Shown one piece after another: positions 54,730 to 64,000 of a DNA stretch of 64,000 nucleotides (position 1 is the first letter of the stretch; the number at the start of each line of letters is the position of its first letter). The stretch comes from a virus: the IMG/VR virus record IMGVR_UViG_3300024255_000001; one strand, 5' to 3'. The translations under genes and the position numbers were made by a program. The notes under the pieces were generated by a model that ran no database searches, had not been told where the DNA came from, and saw nothing but the letters and a program-made list of their open reading frames with translations.

Positions 54730-57700
54730 TTACTGAGATATTGGTCTAAGTAATCTTGCAGCTTTAATAGAATTTAAGTTCTTTCCTTTAGCACCGTATT
54801 TAGCAAATACTTCTAAGTCAAATGAGAATTGTTCACCATACTTATCAAAAATATCTAAACCGATTTTCTTAGTATATGTTAAATTATTAAAAGCAAGTCT
54901 AGCTAAACCACCAACTCTACCAGTATCTATTTGTTCATCATTACCAAAGTAATCAGTCATTCTATATTGAAATACAATATCTACAGAAACTGCATTTGAC
55001 TCATTATCTTTTTTAGCATTAATTGATTTTCCAGATCTTTTGGTTTCACCGCTTACTTTTAGTGTGTCAATATTAACAGGTGATGCAAATAAGAATGCAC
55101 CACATGATTGTCCACCTAATAGGTATTGGTCACTAGCATCAAACGACATTTTAAGAGGTCTTTCATTAGCTATATCAGATTCTGACGTTCCCCATAGACC
55201 ATTACCATCGTGGTATGCCATTTGTTGTTTTGAACTAATTTGATTAGTAGTTAAATCATAACCAAAAATACTTAACAACTGAGAACCAGTACCTTGTGTA
55301 GCCGACTTAGTCATTGAAAAAATCATAGATTTTTTAATACTTTCTAAGTCATAATTAGCGGCGTTGTTTTCAACACTATCCCATATATTTGCTAATAACG
55401 GGTGGTCTTTATGTAAGAATAAACCATTATTATATGCAGTTAATCCAATTGTTGATGTAGAAGTAACTTTAATTTTATTAGTATTCCAATCCCCAGTATA
55501 GTCCTCAAAATCACCAGCCCAAATAAAATCAGAATCACCATACAATCCGGTTGAATTCCAAGGTAATACTGGATTGGTTCCGTCAGTATACGTACTTAAA
55601 TCATATTCGTAATCTGAAATTGTAGGATCTCCGGAAATATTACTTAAAGGAGCTGTTAAATAATGTGGGTTTTGATTAGCCACATCCATATATCTACTAT
55701 AAACAAATTGACCTCTTCTTTGAGCAGATTGATATGGAGCTTGATACGTTTTTTCGTATAAACCCGCTCCAGAACCTGAACCTACATTCTGATACTGAAT
55801 AGGTACTAAATCATAGTTACCTTCTTCTTGATAGTAATTATCTCTATTTACTTTATTATCAATTCCTGCACCATTTTGATCGTTTAATCCAATACCAAAA
55901 TTATTAGAACTTGCAGCTAAATCATTACTAGACGTAAAAGATCTATATACTGGTTTTGTTCTATCACCGATTAGTCTAGATACTAATTCTAATTTAGTAG
56001 CCTTACTATTTTCTAATTGTAGTTTAAACGTCTTAGTAACAATATGTCCCTTTCTAACTGTTAAGTCTGCAACCTCATCCACATAGTAACCAGCAAATAG
56101 CTGTGTCGTAGTGTCTTTTGCAATATTAGTAACAGTACCTTCTTCGTCAACGATCTTAACAACCAATTCACCAACCTCTGCTTCAACCTCAGATTTAAGA
56201 CCTGCTATTTGAGCTTCTAGTTGTGCAATTTTATCATAGACTGAAATTGGCTTTTGCTCTGGTGATAAAAATCCAGATGCTATATTAGTTGCAACGTGTG
56301 CGTAATAGTTTTCGTTAGCAGTAAATGCATCACTAACGTGAGTAAATACACCTTGTGCAGTTAATTCTTCTGTAATTTGAACTTTAGCAAGTTCTGCAGT
56401 ATTAACCTCAACTACAGCAGCAACATCAGTTGTATCAATTTCTTCTTCCGGGAATGAAACTTGAATTGGCTCTGACCAATCAGATAACATTGGATTAGCA
56501 GGGAAACCAGCTTCAGAAACTGACTTAACTCTAATCTCTACTAATTCACCTTGATTAATAGCAATATCTAATTGATTAAAGTTAATCTCTTGACCATCTT
56601 CAATCCTAGTATCTTGCCATGTAAACTTACTAGCAATATTTCCATCATTATCAATAGATTTAGCTCTATCTCTAACTTTAGTTTTAGCCTCATTCCAATT
56701 TGAGAATACCGCTGCTTTTTCTCTATCTTCTTCTGTAAATTTAAGTTGTGCAACCTCAGCGGCTTTACCAGACGTTGATAAGTATCTATATTGTACAACA
56801 AACTGTACAACGTTTTGATCTAAAGTATCTGCAACCTGTTTTGGTGCAGGTACAGACCAGAATCCTCTAATTCTATATTTAGGAGAAATCTTAGCTACAT
56901 TAGATGAAGAAGATAATGCCTGAATTTGTGTTACAATCGAGTTGTATAATTTAGCCTCAGAAGTTCTCTCTTCGATCAGCGAGTTTAACTCAGATTTATC
57001 TTTATCTTTTTGTACTTGAGATGCGTATTTTTTAGTTGCAATTTCAGTTCTCTTCTTAGAAATAGTATCATCTAATTTCTTAACAGCCTCTTCAACTGTA
57101 GCTTTATCAGCAGATAATTTTTTAATCTTATCAGCAGAATCATTTTCAGTTAAGTGTTTATTAATCTGAACTACTTTAAAATTATCAGCTACTAGAGTTG
57201 GAGCATTAGGAGTTACACCTACCGTCGCTGGAGGAATATTATCTTCTTTAATAGACGTAATAAGTCTACCAAAGTCAGCCACATTCTCTTTGTAATAATC
57301 AGCTAATAAAATAATTGAACCATCTTCTTGAAGAATTTCTAAATCATTTGAATAGAATCCAGCACCAGGTGACCAGCTTTCAGCTAATATCTTAGATTCC
57401 GGATCTACTGCTTTTACAAACATTAAGATTCTCTCATCAAATCCAACAGGCACTTCAATTGATAAATTATTATCTTCTACCTTGTAAATAGATAAACCAC
57501 CTGCACCAATCTTAATAGCTTCATAGCCCTCTAGCAATTCTAATTCAACCTGACGTGTTGAAGCATCAAGCTTATTAATCTTATATCTTGTGTTTTTAGA
57601 ACCACCAGTGACCATCAATTGATCTCCTACGCGTAGTAATTCAGTCTCATCCAGGTCTTTAGTATTATCTGAATACGTTAGGCTATCTAAAGTATAAAGT

Positions 57701-58407
57701 TTAATAGACCGTTTAACTGTTACTCCATTCTCAACAACTTCTCTTTTAGAGTTAGAAATTGATAAGACATCAAATCTACCAGTATATTGTGTAGTTCTAT
57801 ATGGCATATCTCTTAACTCTTCGTCAAGTGTATATGCAATGTTGTTATTGACAATATCTCTAATCGCAGTTAGATAGTCAATACTATCCTGGTTTCTATA
57901 ATTTTCATTAAAGAAATCTACTGCAACTTGATTTGTACCATCAAATAAAATTCTTTTTACTAAGACTCTTTCTGTATCGTTTGGAATCTGCCCACTTACA
58001 TCAATTGATGTGGTTAACATTGGGTTTAAGAAATCCTCTGCAAAATAGTTAGGCTTAGACTCAAACACAGTTGGTCTTGATAAAGTAGTAATATCGTTTG
58101 CAGGAGTCTTTAGCGAAGTAGTAACTATATTTTGAAAAGTACCATCGGCTAATTTAACCTTAGTTGTACCTTTACTTAGACCTGCTAATGCTTTTAGATT
58201 ATTATCTAATCTCTCAAGCTCTTTTTTCATATAACCAAAGCCAGGAACTGATACTATTTTAGTACCCTCGTCAGTTAGTATCTCTAACGGGATGTCCTTA
58301 GCATTTGTAGTTACTGCTTCATTAATACGCTCAAAAGTCTTTAGAGAATTAGCATTAATCTCTAGCAGCTTCTTCAAAGAATTGGATATAGAGTTGTTAG
58401 TGTTCAT
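54730..58407 (-). CDS. Large hypothetical structural protein (coiled coils, possible FN3-like segment)
   Basis: 1225 aa; VEIRVKSVSEAG...SDWSEP motif; structural operon. Confidence 0.55.
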   Translation of the reverse strand: MNTNNSISNSLKKLLEINANSLKTFERINEAVTTNAKDIPLEILTDEGTKIVSVPGFGYMKKELERLDNNLKALAGLSKGTTKVKLADGTFQNIVTTSLKTPANDITTLSRPTVFESKPNYFAEDFLNPMLTTSIDVSGQIPNDTERVLVKRILFDGTNQVAVDFFNENYRNQDSIDYLTAIRDIVNNNIAYTLDEELRDMPYRTTQYTGRFDVLSISNSKREVVENGVTVKRSIKLYTLDSLTYSDNTKDLDETELLRVGDQLMVTGGSKNTRYKINKLDASTRQVELELLEGYEAIKIGAGGLSIYKVEDNNLSIEVPVGFDERILMFVKAVDPESKILAESWSPGAGFYSNDLEILQEDGSIILLADYYKENVADFGRLITSIKEDNIPPATVGVTPNAPTLVADNFKVVQINKHLTENDSADKIKKLSADKATVEEAVKKLDDTISKKRTEIATKKYASQVQKDKDKSELNSLIEERTSEAKLYNSIVTQIQALSSSSNVAKISPKYRIRGFWSVPAPKQVADTLDQNVVQFVVQYRYLSTSGKAAEVAQLKFTEEDREKAAVFSNWNEAKTKVRDRAKSIDNDGNIASKFTWQDTRIEDGQEINFNQLDIAINQGELVEIRVKSVSEAGFPANPMLSDWSEPIQVSFPEEEIDTTDVAAVVEVNTAELAKVQITEELTAQGVFTHVSDAFTANENYYAHVATNIASGFLSPEQKPISVYDKIAQLEAQIAGLKSEVEAEVGELVVKIVDEEGTVTNIAKDTTTQLFAGYYVDEVADLTVRKGHIVTKTFKLQLENSKATKLELVSRLIGDRTKPVYRSFTSSNDLAASSNNFGIGLNDQNGAGIDNKVNRDNYYQEEGNYDLVPIQYQNVGSGSGAGLYEKTYQAPYQSAQRRGQFVYSRYMDVANQNPHYLTAPLSNISGDPTISDYEYDLSTYTDGTNPVLPWNSTGLYGDSDFIWAGDFEDYTGDWNTNKIKVTSTSTIGLTAYNNGLFLHKDHPLLANIWDSVENNAANYDLESIKKSMIFSMTKSATQGTGSQLLSIFGYDLTTNQISSKQQMAYHDGNGLWGTSESDIANERPLKMSFDASDQYLLGGQSCGAFLFASPVNIDTLKVSGETKRSGKSINAKKDNESNAVSVDIVFQYRMTDYFGNDEQIDTGRVGGLARLAFNNLTYTKKIGLDIFDKYGEQFSFDLEVFAKYGAKGKNLNSIKAARLLRPISQ

Positions 58408-58408
58408 A

Positions 58409-60349
58409 TTATCTTAAAATATCTACTTCAAATACAAAGTTAACTGGATCTGTACATACCAGTTCAATGTATGGTTTATTCGTTAGTAATTGCGATGGGT
58501 CAATATCTACAATATTTTGCCAACCGCCTGATTTGTTTGTCCAAACTTTAATATTGTTACCATCTACATCAATAGTATCAAATGCAATTTTAAAAGATTG
58601 TCCTTTCGTCCAACCTGTTACTGAATCATCAACATATATATTTAGGTTCCCATTTAGTGGATCGGCACTTAATTTATTCTTTAAGCTTAATCTATTACTA
58701 TAAGAATTTAATTTAGTCCAAACACCATTAATATTAGAGTTTGAGTTATCAAATAGATTAGTACCTCCTAATACGCTACCACTTACCACACTAGATGCAA
58801 TATCCCATTGGAATACATCGTTGACTACATAGCCCTCGACAGAGTTATTAACCTTGATTTTACCAGCAATTGATTTATCAACATTAGTACCTTTACCTGC
58901 AAAGATTACATCTGTATTATACTGTAACTCTACTGGAATTGTACCATCAATTAGCTGATTAATTTTTGTATGTGCATTATTAATTAGGCTTAATAGTGCA
59001 TTTGAATCTTGTAGTTGTAGAGACGATGCTGTAAAGTCATCCTCTAACTCTTTAATTCTACCCTCAAGTGCAGCAGCTTGTGCTGTGCCTAGGATAATAT
59101 TCTCTAAAGAGTCTAATCTTTCTACAATTTTACTATATCTATTATTAGCTTGTAATAGTAGATCGGTTGCATTCTCTAACGCAGTAGTTGTGTCCATAAA
59201 TAGATCCATTGAGAAAGTAGTAAAGTCATTTACACTTGTCTCAACGCCTACATTATCTAGCGATGAATTAAATTTAAGATTTAATTTTAAAGAGTATGCA
59301 TTACCATTTAAACCAGTAACTTCATTTGGCTTAAACTTAATTTGTTCATGGATTTTAGATCCAGGGCCATAAGCATCTGTAATATCATCTAAGATTAAGA
59401 TACCGTATAGGTTTGTTGCTCTATTCGCAGGAATAGAAGAACTATATAAATCGTAATAAACTAAAACAGCATTAAATCTAAACTGTTGTCCAGTTTTTGC
59501 GTAATCCAATAGTGATTCAACATCTGGATTATTTTGAATTGGCTCATAAGAAACCGTGTCCCAGTCAATTTGAACTGAGTTTGTAGCATTAGTTTGAATA
59601 TCATAATATGCTGCAGTATTTGCCGTTGAACCTGCATCTACTATAGGTAATAAGTTGATATTTGGGTCAGGGTGTGTTTGCCCTTCTCTACCCTCAACAT
59701 TAGTATTATTTACATCTAAATAAAGTTTAGTTGCAGACGTATTATAGTCTGTTGGTTTAAATAAAACTAGAGGTGTATAACCTACCGCTGTTGGCACGTT
59801 AATATAAACTTCATGGTAAGTATTACCTTGATATGCTACGTCGTTCTCTGCGTCAATACTACCTAAGTACTTAACTACTTTATCGTAGTTCGAGCCACCT
59901 AAGATCGCATTATCGTTTTCTGAGTAGGCTCCTGTAGAAGACTCATTAGAGTCCGTTGGTCTAAAATCAATTGCACCTAATGAAGATAACCACTTAAAGA
60001 AAATCTTTTCTGAATCTGATTGCAGTAAGATTGGGTCATAGTCATCGTCCTTTAGAAGTAACTCTTCTAAATTCAATGCATAATTTTGGAATGTTTGTGC
60101 GAAATCCACATTAGGCATATTGGCGTTATACACTGCACCTGATTGCTCCTTTAAATTCAGTTCAAAGTCGATAGTATTAGAACCATTAACAGAGTCTGTA
60201 AAATCAGGTAAGTCTAGTAAAGCGAATTTACTAAACTCAAAATTGATGTCAGCGCTATTAAATGCTCTAGTAATATCTCTTGCTGCTGAAGCAAAAGCAT
60301 ACATCGTGCCGCCCTGCGGTTGTGGTATTCTTACTAATGGTGTTGCCAT
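58409..60349 (-). CDS. Hypothetical structural (baseplate/tail) protein
   Basis: 646 aa, FNAVLVYYD..NLYGIL segment, central coiled coil. Confidence 0.5.
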   Translation of the reverse strand: MATPLVRIPQPQGGTMYAFASAARDITRAFNSADINFEFSKFALLDLPDFTDSVNGSNTIDFELNLKEQSGAVYNANMPNVDFAQTFQNYALNLEELLLKDDDYDPILLQSDSEKIFFKWLSSLGAIDFRPTDSNESSTGAYSENDNAILGGSNYDKVVKYLGSIDAENDVAYQGNTYHEVYINVPTAVGYTPLVLFKPTDYNTSATKLYLDVNNTNVEGREGQTHPDPNINLLPIVDAGSTANTAAYYDIQTNATNSVQIDWDTVSYEPIQNNPDVESLLDYAKTGQQFRFNAVLVYYDLYSSSIPANRATNLYGILILDDITDAYGPGSKIHEQIKFKPNEVTGLNGNAYSLKLNLKFNSSLDNVGVETSVNDFTTFSMDLFMDTTTALENATDLLLQANNRYSKIVERLDSLENIILGTAQAAALEGRIKELEDDFTASSLQLQDSNALLSLINNAHTKINQLIDGTIPVELQYNTDVIFAGKGTNVDKSIAGKIKVNNSVEGYVVNDVFQWDIASSVVSGSVLGGTNLFDNSNSNINGVWTKLNSYSNRLSLKNKLSADPLNGNLNIYVDDSVTGWTKGQSFKIAFDTIDVDGNNIKVWTNKSGGWQNIVDIDPSQLLTNKPYIELVCTDPVNFVFEVDILR

Positions 60350-60374
60350 CTACAGTTTCGGTTTAATTTAATTA

Positions 60375-60932
60375 TTATGATATTGTACAAGCGTGTGCGC
60401 TAATTACATACCATACGTTTTCAAAACATCTTAGTGTTATCGTTGAGTTATTGCCATCTAAAGAGATTGAAGCAGCTCCTAAATTAACTGTACCAGATGT
60501 TGTTACAGTAGCAGCGCCACCGCTCTTGTTGATTAAGGTAACCTCTTGTCCGTCTACACCTGCTGGAATGTCATAGTTGCCATTCATAAAGTAAGTGCCC
60601 TTGTCGATAGTCGTTGGGGCAGCTACTGGTGCACTTGCAGAACCACTTACACCTGATTTAACAATTGAACCACCAAAGCTCACAGATGAAGAGAATGTAG
60701 CTGCTGTGCCAATTAATGCACCCGCAGTACTTACTCTAAATAATGTAGATCCATTGACCACATTAAGTTCTTGAGATATAGCATTTGTTAAACCGGCTAA
60801 TACTGCAGTTGTTGGGTCTAATAGACCTGTAACTGAAGCTAGTTCGTCGTTTAGAAGTTCGAAGTTACTATTAATAACTGGTCTTGAAGATGAAACCGAG
60901 TCTGTACCTAAAATTTCAGTAATGTTTGCCAT
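60375..60932 (-). CDS. Short fibre-like structural protein
   Basis: ITEILGTDSVSSSR..INSNF N-terminus resembles that of the 44001 fibre (IQEIL.SDS...INYNF). Confidence 0.5.
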   Translation of the reverse strand: MANITEILGTDSVSSSRPVINSNFELLNDELASVTGLLDPTTAVLAGLTNAISQELNVVNGSTLFRVSTAGALIGTAATFSSSVSFGGSIVKSGVSGSASAPVAAPTTIDKGTYFMNGNYDIPAGVDGQEVTLINKSGGAATVTTSGTVNLGAASISLDGNNSTITLRCFENVWYVISAHACTIS

Positions 60933-60939
60933 TTTTCGT

Positions 60940-63735
60940 TTATTTTACTTTTAACATGTTGCGTTGTACAACGTTCTTATTTCCATACGTGTCCTCCGCT
61001 TCCAGTTGTATAGAGTAATCACCCTGCTCCTGGAAAATGTACGTGAGCCACATATTATTATAGTATATATCATTCACATTTGGGTTACTTATATTAGTAA
61101 TCGTCCATTTCGGGTTTCTTGCGCCCGGGAACTTAGAAATGTCGGTTGATATAGTGACATGGGTAGATCTTTCAACTTCTGCCCAATTTTTAAATACTTT
61201 TAAATTATCCCATGATGGGTTATATGTTACAGCGTGAACTTCACCACTTACCTCTGAATTTACATTACCTCTAATGCTTACGCTTTCAAAATCGTATGTT
61301 TTAGAATATTCTTGCCCAGAGCATAAAATAAATTGAAATTGATCTTGTGTATCAATATCATCATCGCTGTCCATATCCTTAAAAATAGGATTGTAATTAA
61401 ATTTAGAAATAATAGGGTTTTGGCTAGCCTCTAATTCATTTGCTATTGCCTTCCATGAGTCTACATCATTTACACTAGTTGGTGTTGATGACATAACCAC
61501 ATGAGTCCCAGTTACAACCTCATTAGTTATAGGGTTTTTATGTATAATAGATAGTTGATCTCCCTGTTGAATCCAATCTATTTTAAAAGAAGAACTTAAA
61601 TCCGGTCCTACTCTCATATTGTTCCACCAGTTATGTACTGTATCTTTCCATCTAAAAGAACACTCGTCCCATTGGTATGGTCCAGTAGTCTCCGAGTAAC
61701 CAGTATCTGAGTAGATGTCAATGAATCTTCTCACCGTTGAGAATCTTACACCCTGATCTGTAGCGTCTTTTAGATAATTAGCTCTATCTAATGTTAGGTA
61801 GAAAGTAGCAATTGAATCCTCTACTTTATTTGTATTATCTTGTGGGAAATCCCAATAACCACCAGAATGATTCCAATCTAATACTTTATTATTCCATGGC
61901 GCTATATTATCTTTCTTATCAGTTTCTAACCAAGAGTAGATGCCATATAATTCAATCTCTTTTAGTTTAACATCGAATAAATCAGATTTCTTATAGTAAG
62001 ACATGTGTCCAAATAAATCATATAATCTTAACTCTACAGTATATGAACCTGTATATGGCAGATTAAGCGCTAATCTTTTATAGTCATCCTGAACTATATC
62101 GTTAGTATCTACATAATCAACTGGACCTCTATATTCTTGATGGAATCCATTAGGACCATCAATAATCCATTCAATCTCGTAAACCCATCTCTTATACCAG
62201 TTGTTCCAATTTACTTTTAGATTTGCATTCGCATCAACAGCATCATCCCATACAAATTGAGCTTCATCCCAAATATCATCCCAAGATTCAGAAGAGTCTA
62301 GAATTACAGGACATCCAATTGGTACTTTAGTCTGACCAAAATTTTGATTCCATGAGTTCATATCTCTATCATGGTAGCTATCATAAAATTTCTCGTAAAT
62401 AGCTTTTAACTCAGTTCTCTGCTCTTTAGAGACAGTATCTTCGTCTCCAATTGGCAGATTTAAGAAAGTACTATAGTTATTAGTTAAATCATTTTGATCT
62501 AGCTGTGACTTTAATACCATTGATGTATCTTCAATAAATAAGTCTCTATCTTTAGGGAATACATCAAACTTTACTCTATGTCCTTCAGAAAAGAATCCAA
62601 TTGGATTTTGAATCTTCCAGATATTTAAGTTCTTGTTAGTGAAATAGTCGCCTTCCCCTGTAATGTCTATGATTTTAGCTTCGAGGGGTAAAAAATCTCG
62701 TTGTAATCTATTCTTTAAACCGTATAATTTAATTAGGACTTCTTCTGGAGTATAATCAAATACTTCATCTACATTAGCAAAATCCCACTGATCGAATGTA
62801 CCATTAGGCTCATTTAATCTGTAGACTAGAGAGAATCTACTAGTTTTCTTCTGAGTAGCAGAAGGCAGTTTAAACTTAAGTAGTTTTCTAGTCATCTCAC
62901 CTCTTACAGATGAGTTAGGTACTGGGATTGCATGTAACTTACCGAAAGTCTTCGAGTCTTTATCTACATTAATCCAATACTCTTTTAGTGTAATCTTATC
63001 GTAACCAAAGAAGTCGATAGCATTTAGGATAGCCTTATATGTACCAACGAATGGTTTAATATTATTTAGTTCTAATAGTAACTCCTTTCTCTTTTGGTTT
63101 AGGAGTTGATAGTCTGGATGCATTTCAGAAATGTCATGCGACTTAAATATCATAAAGTCTTCGTCTTCTAAAGAAGCACCTAAGTTACCTAATAAAACTT
63201 TTAGTCTTTCATCTTCTGCTTCTACTTCACCGTAGAATTCAATCTCAGCTATTAGTGTTGTTCCGGCTTTAACTTGCAATACTCTCTTATGAATACCTTC
63301 GTTCTGTGAACAGACCGCGATATTAATCTGTAGTGCAATATTCTCATGGTCACTAACAATCTTTAGATAATCACCATCCTGTGATGTTATCGTTGAATAG
63401 TCTGCTAAGTCTAATGATTGGGATTTAAGCTCCTTTACATAGGCCTTACCACCATCCATTCTCATACCATACATAATAACGTCTTTCGACTGATCTTTTT
63501 CTAAAGCCTTCCAGCTAAAGTCAAATTGTGTTATTATACCATTTGGTGAGATTGGCTTATTGATTAAAGTTTGCCCTTCTTTTAAAACCTCTTCTAATAC
63601 AAATAGATTAACAGTTTCATACAGATTTGCAGATACTTCAGGTAGATAGACCTTACCAGTCCAAACACCTGCTGTGTTCTGTACCAACTGTAATTCAGAA
63701 GTAGTACCATTAAAGAATCTTAAATTATTCCACAT
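60940..63735 (-). CDS. Baseplate wedge-like structural protein with C-terminal PKD-like domain
   Basis: GTYKAILNAIDFFGY motif; GDYSIQLEAEDTYGN terminus. Confidence 0.5.
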   Translation of the reverse strand: MWNNLRFFNGTTSELQLVQNTAGVWTGKVYLPEVSANLYETVNLFVLEEVLKEGQTLINKPISPNGIITQFDFSWKALEKDQSKDVIMYGMRMDGGKAYVKELKSQSLDLADYSTITSQDGDYLKIVSDHENIALQINIAVCSQNEGIHKRVLQVKAGTTLIAEIEFYGEVEAEDERLKVLLGNLGASLEDEDFMIFKSHDISEMHPDYQLLNQKRKELLLELNNIKPFVGTYKAILNAIDFFGYDKITLKEYWINVDKDSKTFGKLHAIPVPNSSVRGEMTRKLLKFKLPSATQKKTSRFSLVYRLNEPNGTFDQWDFANVDEVFDYTPEEVLIKLYGLKNRLQRDFLPLEAKIIDITGEGDYFTNKNLNIWKIQNPIGFFSEGHRVKFDVFPKDRDLFIEDTSMVLKSQLDQNDLTNNYSTFLNLPIGDEDTVSKEQRTELKAIYEKFYDSYHDRDMNSWNQNFGQTKVPIGCPVILDSSESWDDIWDEAQFVWDDAVDANANLKVNWNNWYKRWVYEIEWIIDGPNGFHQEYRGPVDYVDTNDIVQDDYKRLALNLPYTGSYTVELRLYDLFGHMSYYKKSDLFDVKLKEIELYGIYSWLETDKKDNIAPWNNKVLDWNHSGGYWDFPQDNTNKVEDSIATFYLTLDRANYLKDATDQGVRFSTVRRFIDIYSDTGYSETTGPYQWDECSFRWKDTVHNWWNNMRVGPDLSSSFKIDWIQQGDQLSIIHKNPITNEVVTGTHVVMSSTPTSVNDVDSWKAIANELEASQNPIISKFNYNPIFKDMDSDDDIDTQDQFQFILCSGQEYSKTYDFESVSIRGNVNSEVSGEVHAVTYNPSWDNLKVFKNWAEVERSTHVTISTDISKFPGARNPKWTITNISNPNVNDIYYNNMWLTYIFQEQGDYSIQLEAEDTYGNKNVVQRNMLKVK
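61064..61071 (-). promoter_or_regulatory. Possible late-type box GATATATA for the 60375-60932 gene
   Basis: Intragenic, about 130 nt upstream of the next ATG. Confidence 0.35.
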
Positions 63736-63737
63736 AG

Positions 63738-64000
63738 TTATCTAGTTGTCTCGTCGTCTTTTTGTACTGTAAAGTTTTTATAGTTCTTTAAATATCTTAC
63801 TTGATCTAAAAGAGCTACCATATAATCGTTGATAAAGAGTAAAAACTCTCTCATCGTTTGGTTTCTTTGAATATGAGGGGAAACTTGTCTACCGATTAGA
63901 CCTCTTTGACCAGACTTATAGTCGTACTTGGTATTCTTAAGATCGTCTCTTCTGTGCTTGGCCACTTTATACAGCCTTTTACGTTTGTAAACTAATAGGT
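63738..64000 (-). CDS. Hypothetical protein, C-terminal part (starts beyond the right edge)
   Basis: Frame stays open upstream of the track's GTG (LLVYKRKRLYK) to the window end. Confidence 0.6.
   Translation of the reverse strand, partial: LLVYKRKRLYKVAKHRRDDLKNTKYDYKSGQRGLIGRQVSPHIQRNQTMREFLLFINDYMVALLDQVRYLKNYKNFTVQKDDETTR

Noticed and set aside
1739-61149. Short + strand and nested alternative-frame ORFs in the track (e.g. 4704, 9336, 12258, 16924, 22019, 30667, 33823, 44560)
   Set aside because: Antisense or frame shadows of well-supported genes, with biased composition and no promoters.
1-64000. Stop-codon reassignment, as in some Bacteroidota phages
   Set aside because: Core genes are full length under the standard code and TAA, TAG and TGA all terminate genes; coding density is high.
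1-64000. tRNA, rRNA, transposase, integrase, reverse transcriptase/DGR or homing endonuclease
   Set aside because: None recognisable; intergenic gaps are short and mostly explained by promoters and terminators.

Overview
AT-rich, intron- and tRNA-free segment of a large T4-like (myovirus/jumbo) phage genome; almost every gene is on the - strand. A marine Bacteroidota (Flavobacteria) host is likely: A-rich, Shine-Dalgarno-less leaders, BACON domains, a flavobacterial-type GH17 and one TAnnTTTG-like promoter. Left to right: (1) late-transcription/head-completion genes (gp4, gp55, gp15-like); (2) replication/recombination core (gp46/47, gp33-like, gp41 helicase, UvsX, sliding clamp, NrdAB) with a family B polymerase split into two genes around clamp-nrdA-nrdB; (3) a candidate DNA-hypermodification cluster (dNTP pyrophosphatase, PLP enzyme, aGPT-Pplase-like transferase, an apparent BGT-N/SGNH chimera, DUF6378-like protein, FkbM methyltransferase, phosphoesterase); (4) a 10 kb block of probable capsid-packaged proteins with T4 internal-protein-like N-terminal signals, three of which look like polyproteins of small domains joined by ES..(V/I)(T/N/S)E protease-type linkers; (5) UvsW, UvsY, primase, gp32, an inverted GH17 glucanase, a promoter-plus-repeat element and RuvC; (6) tail/baseplate/adhesin genes. 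Two promoter classes are readable directly: GATATATA (late-type, 11 copies) and AAAC(AA)-N15/16-TATAA (replication genes, about 11 copies). All family calls come from motif recognition by eye; no database searches were run.
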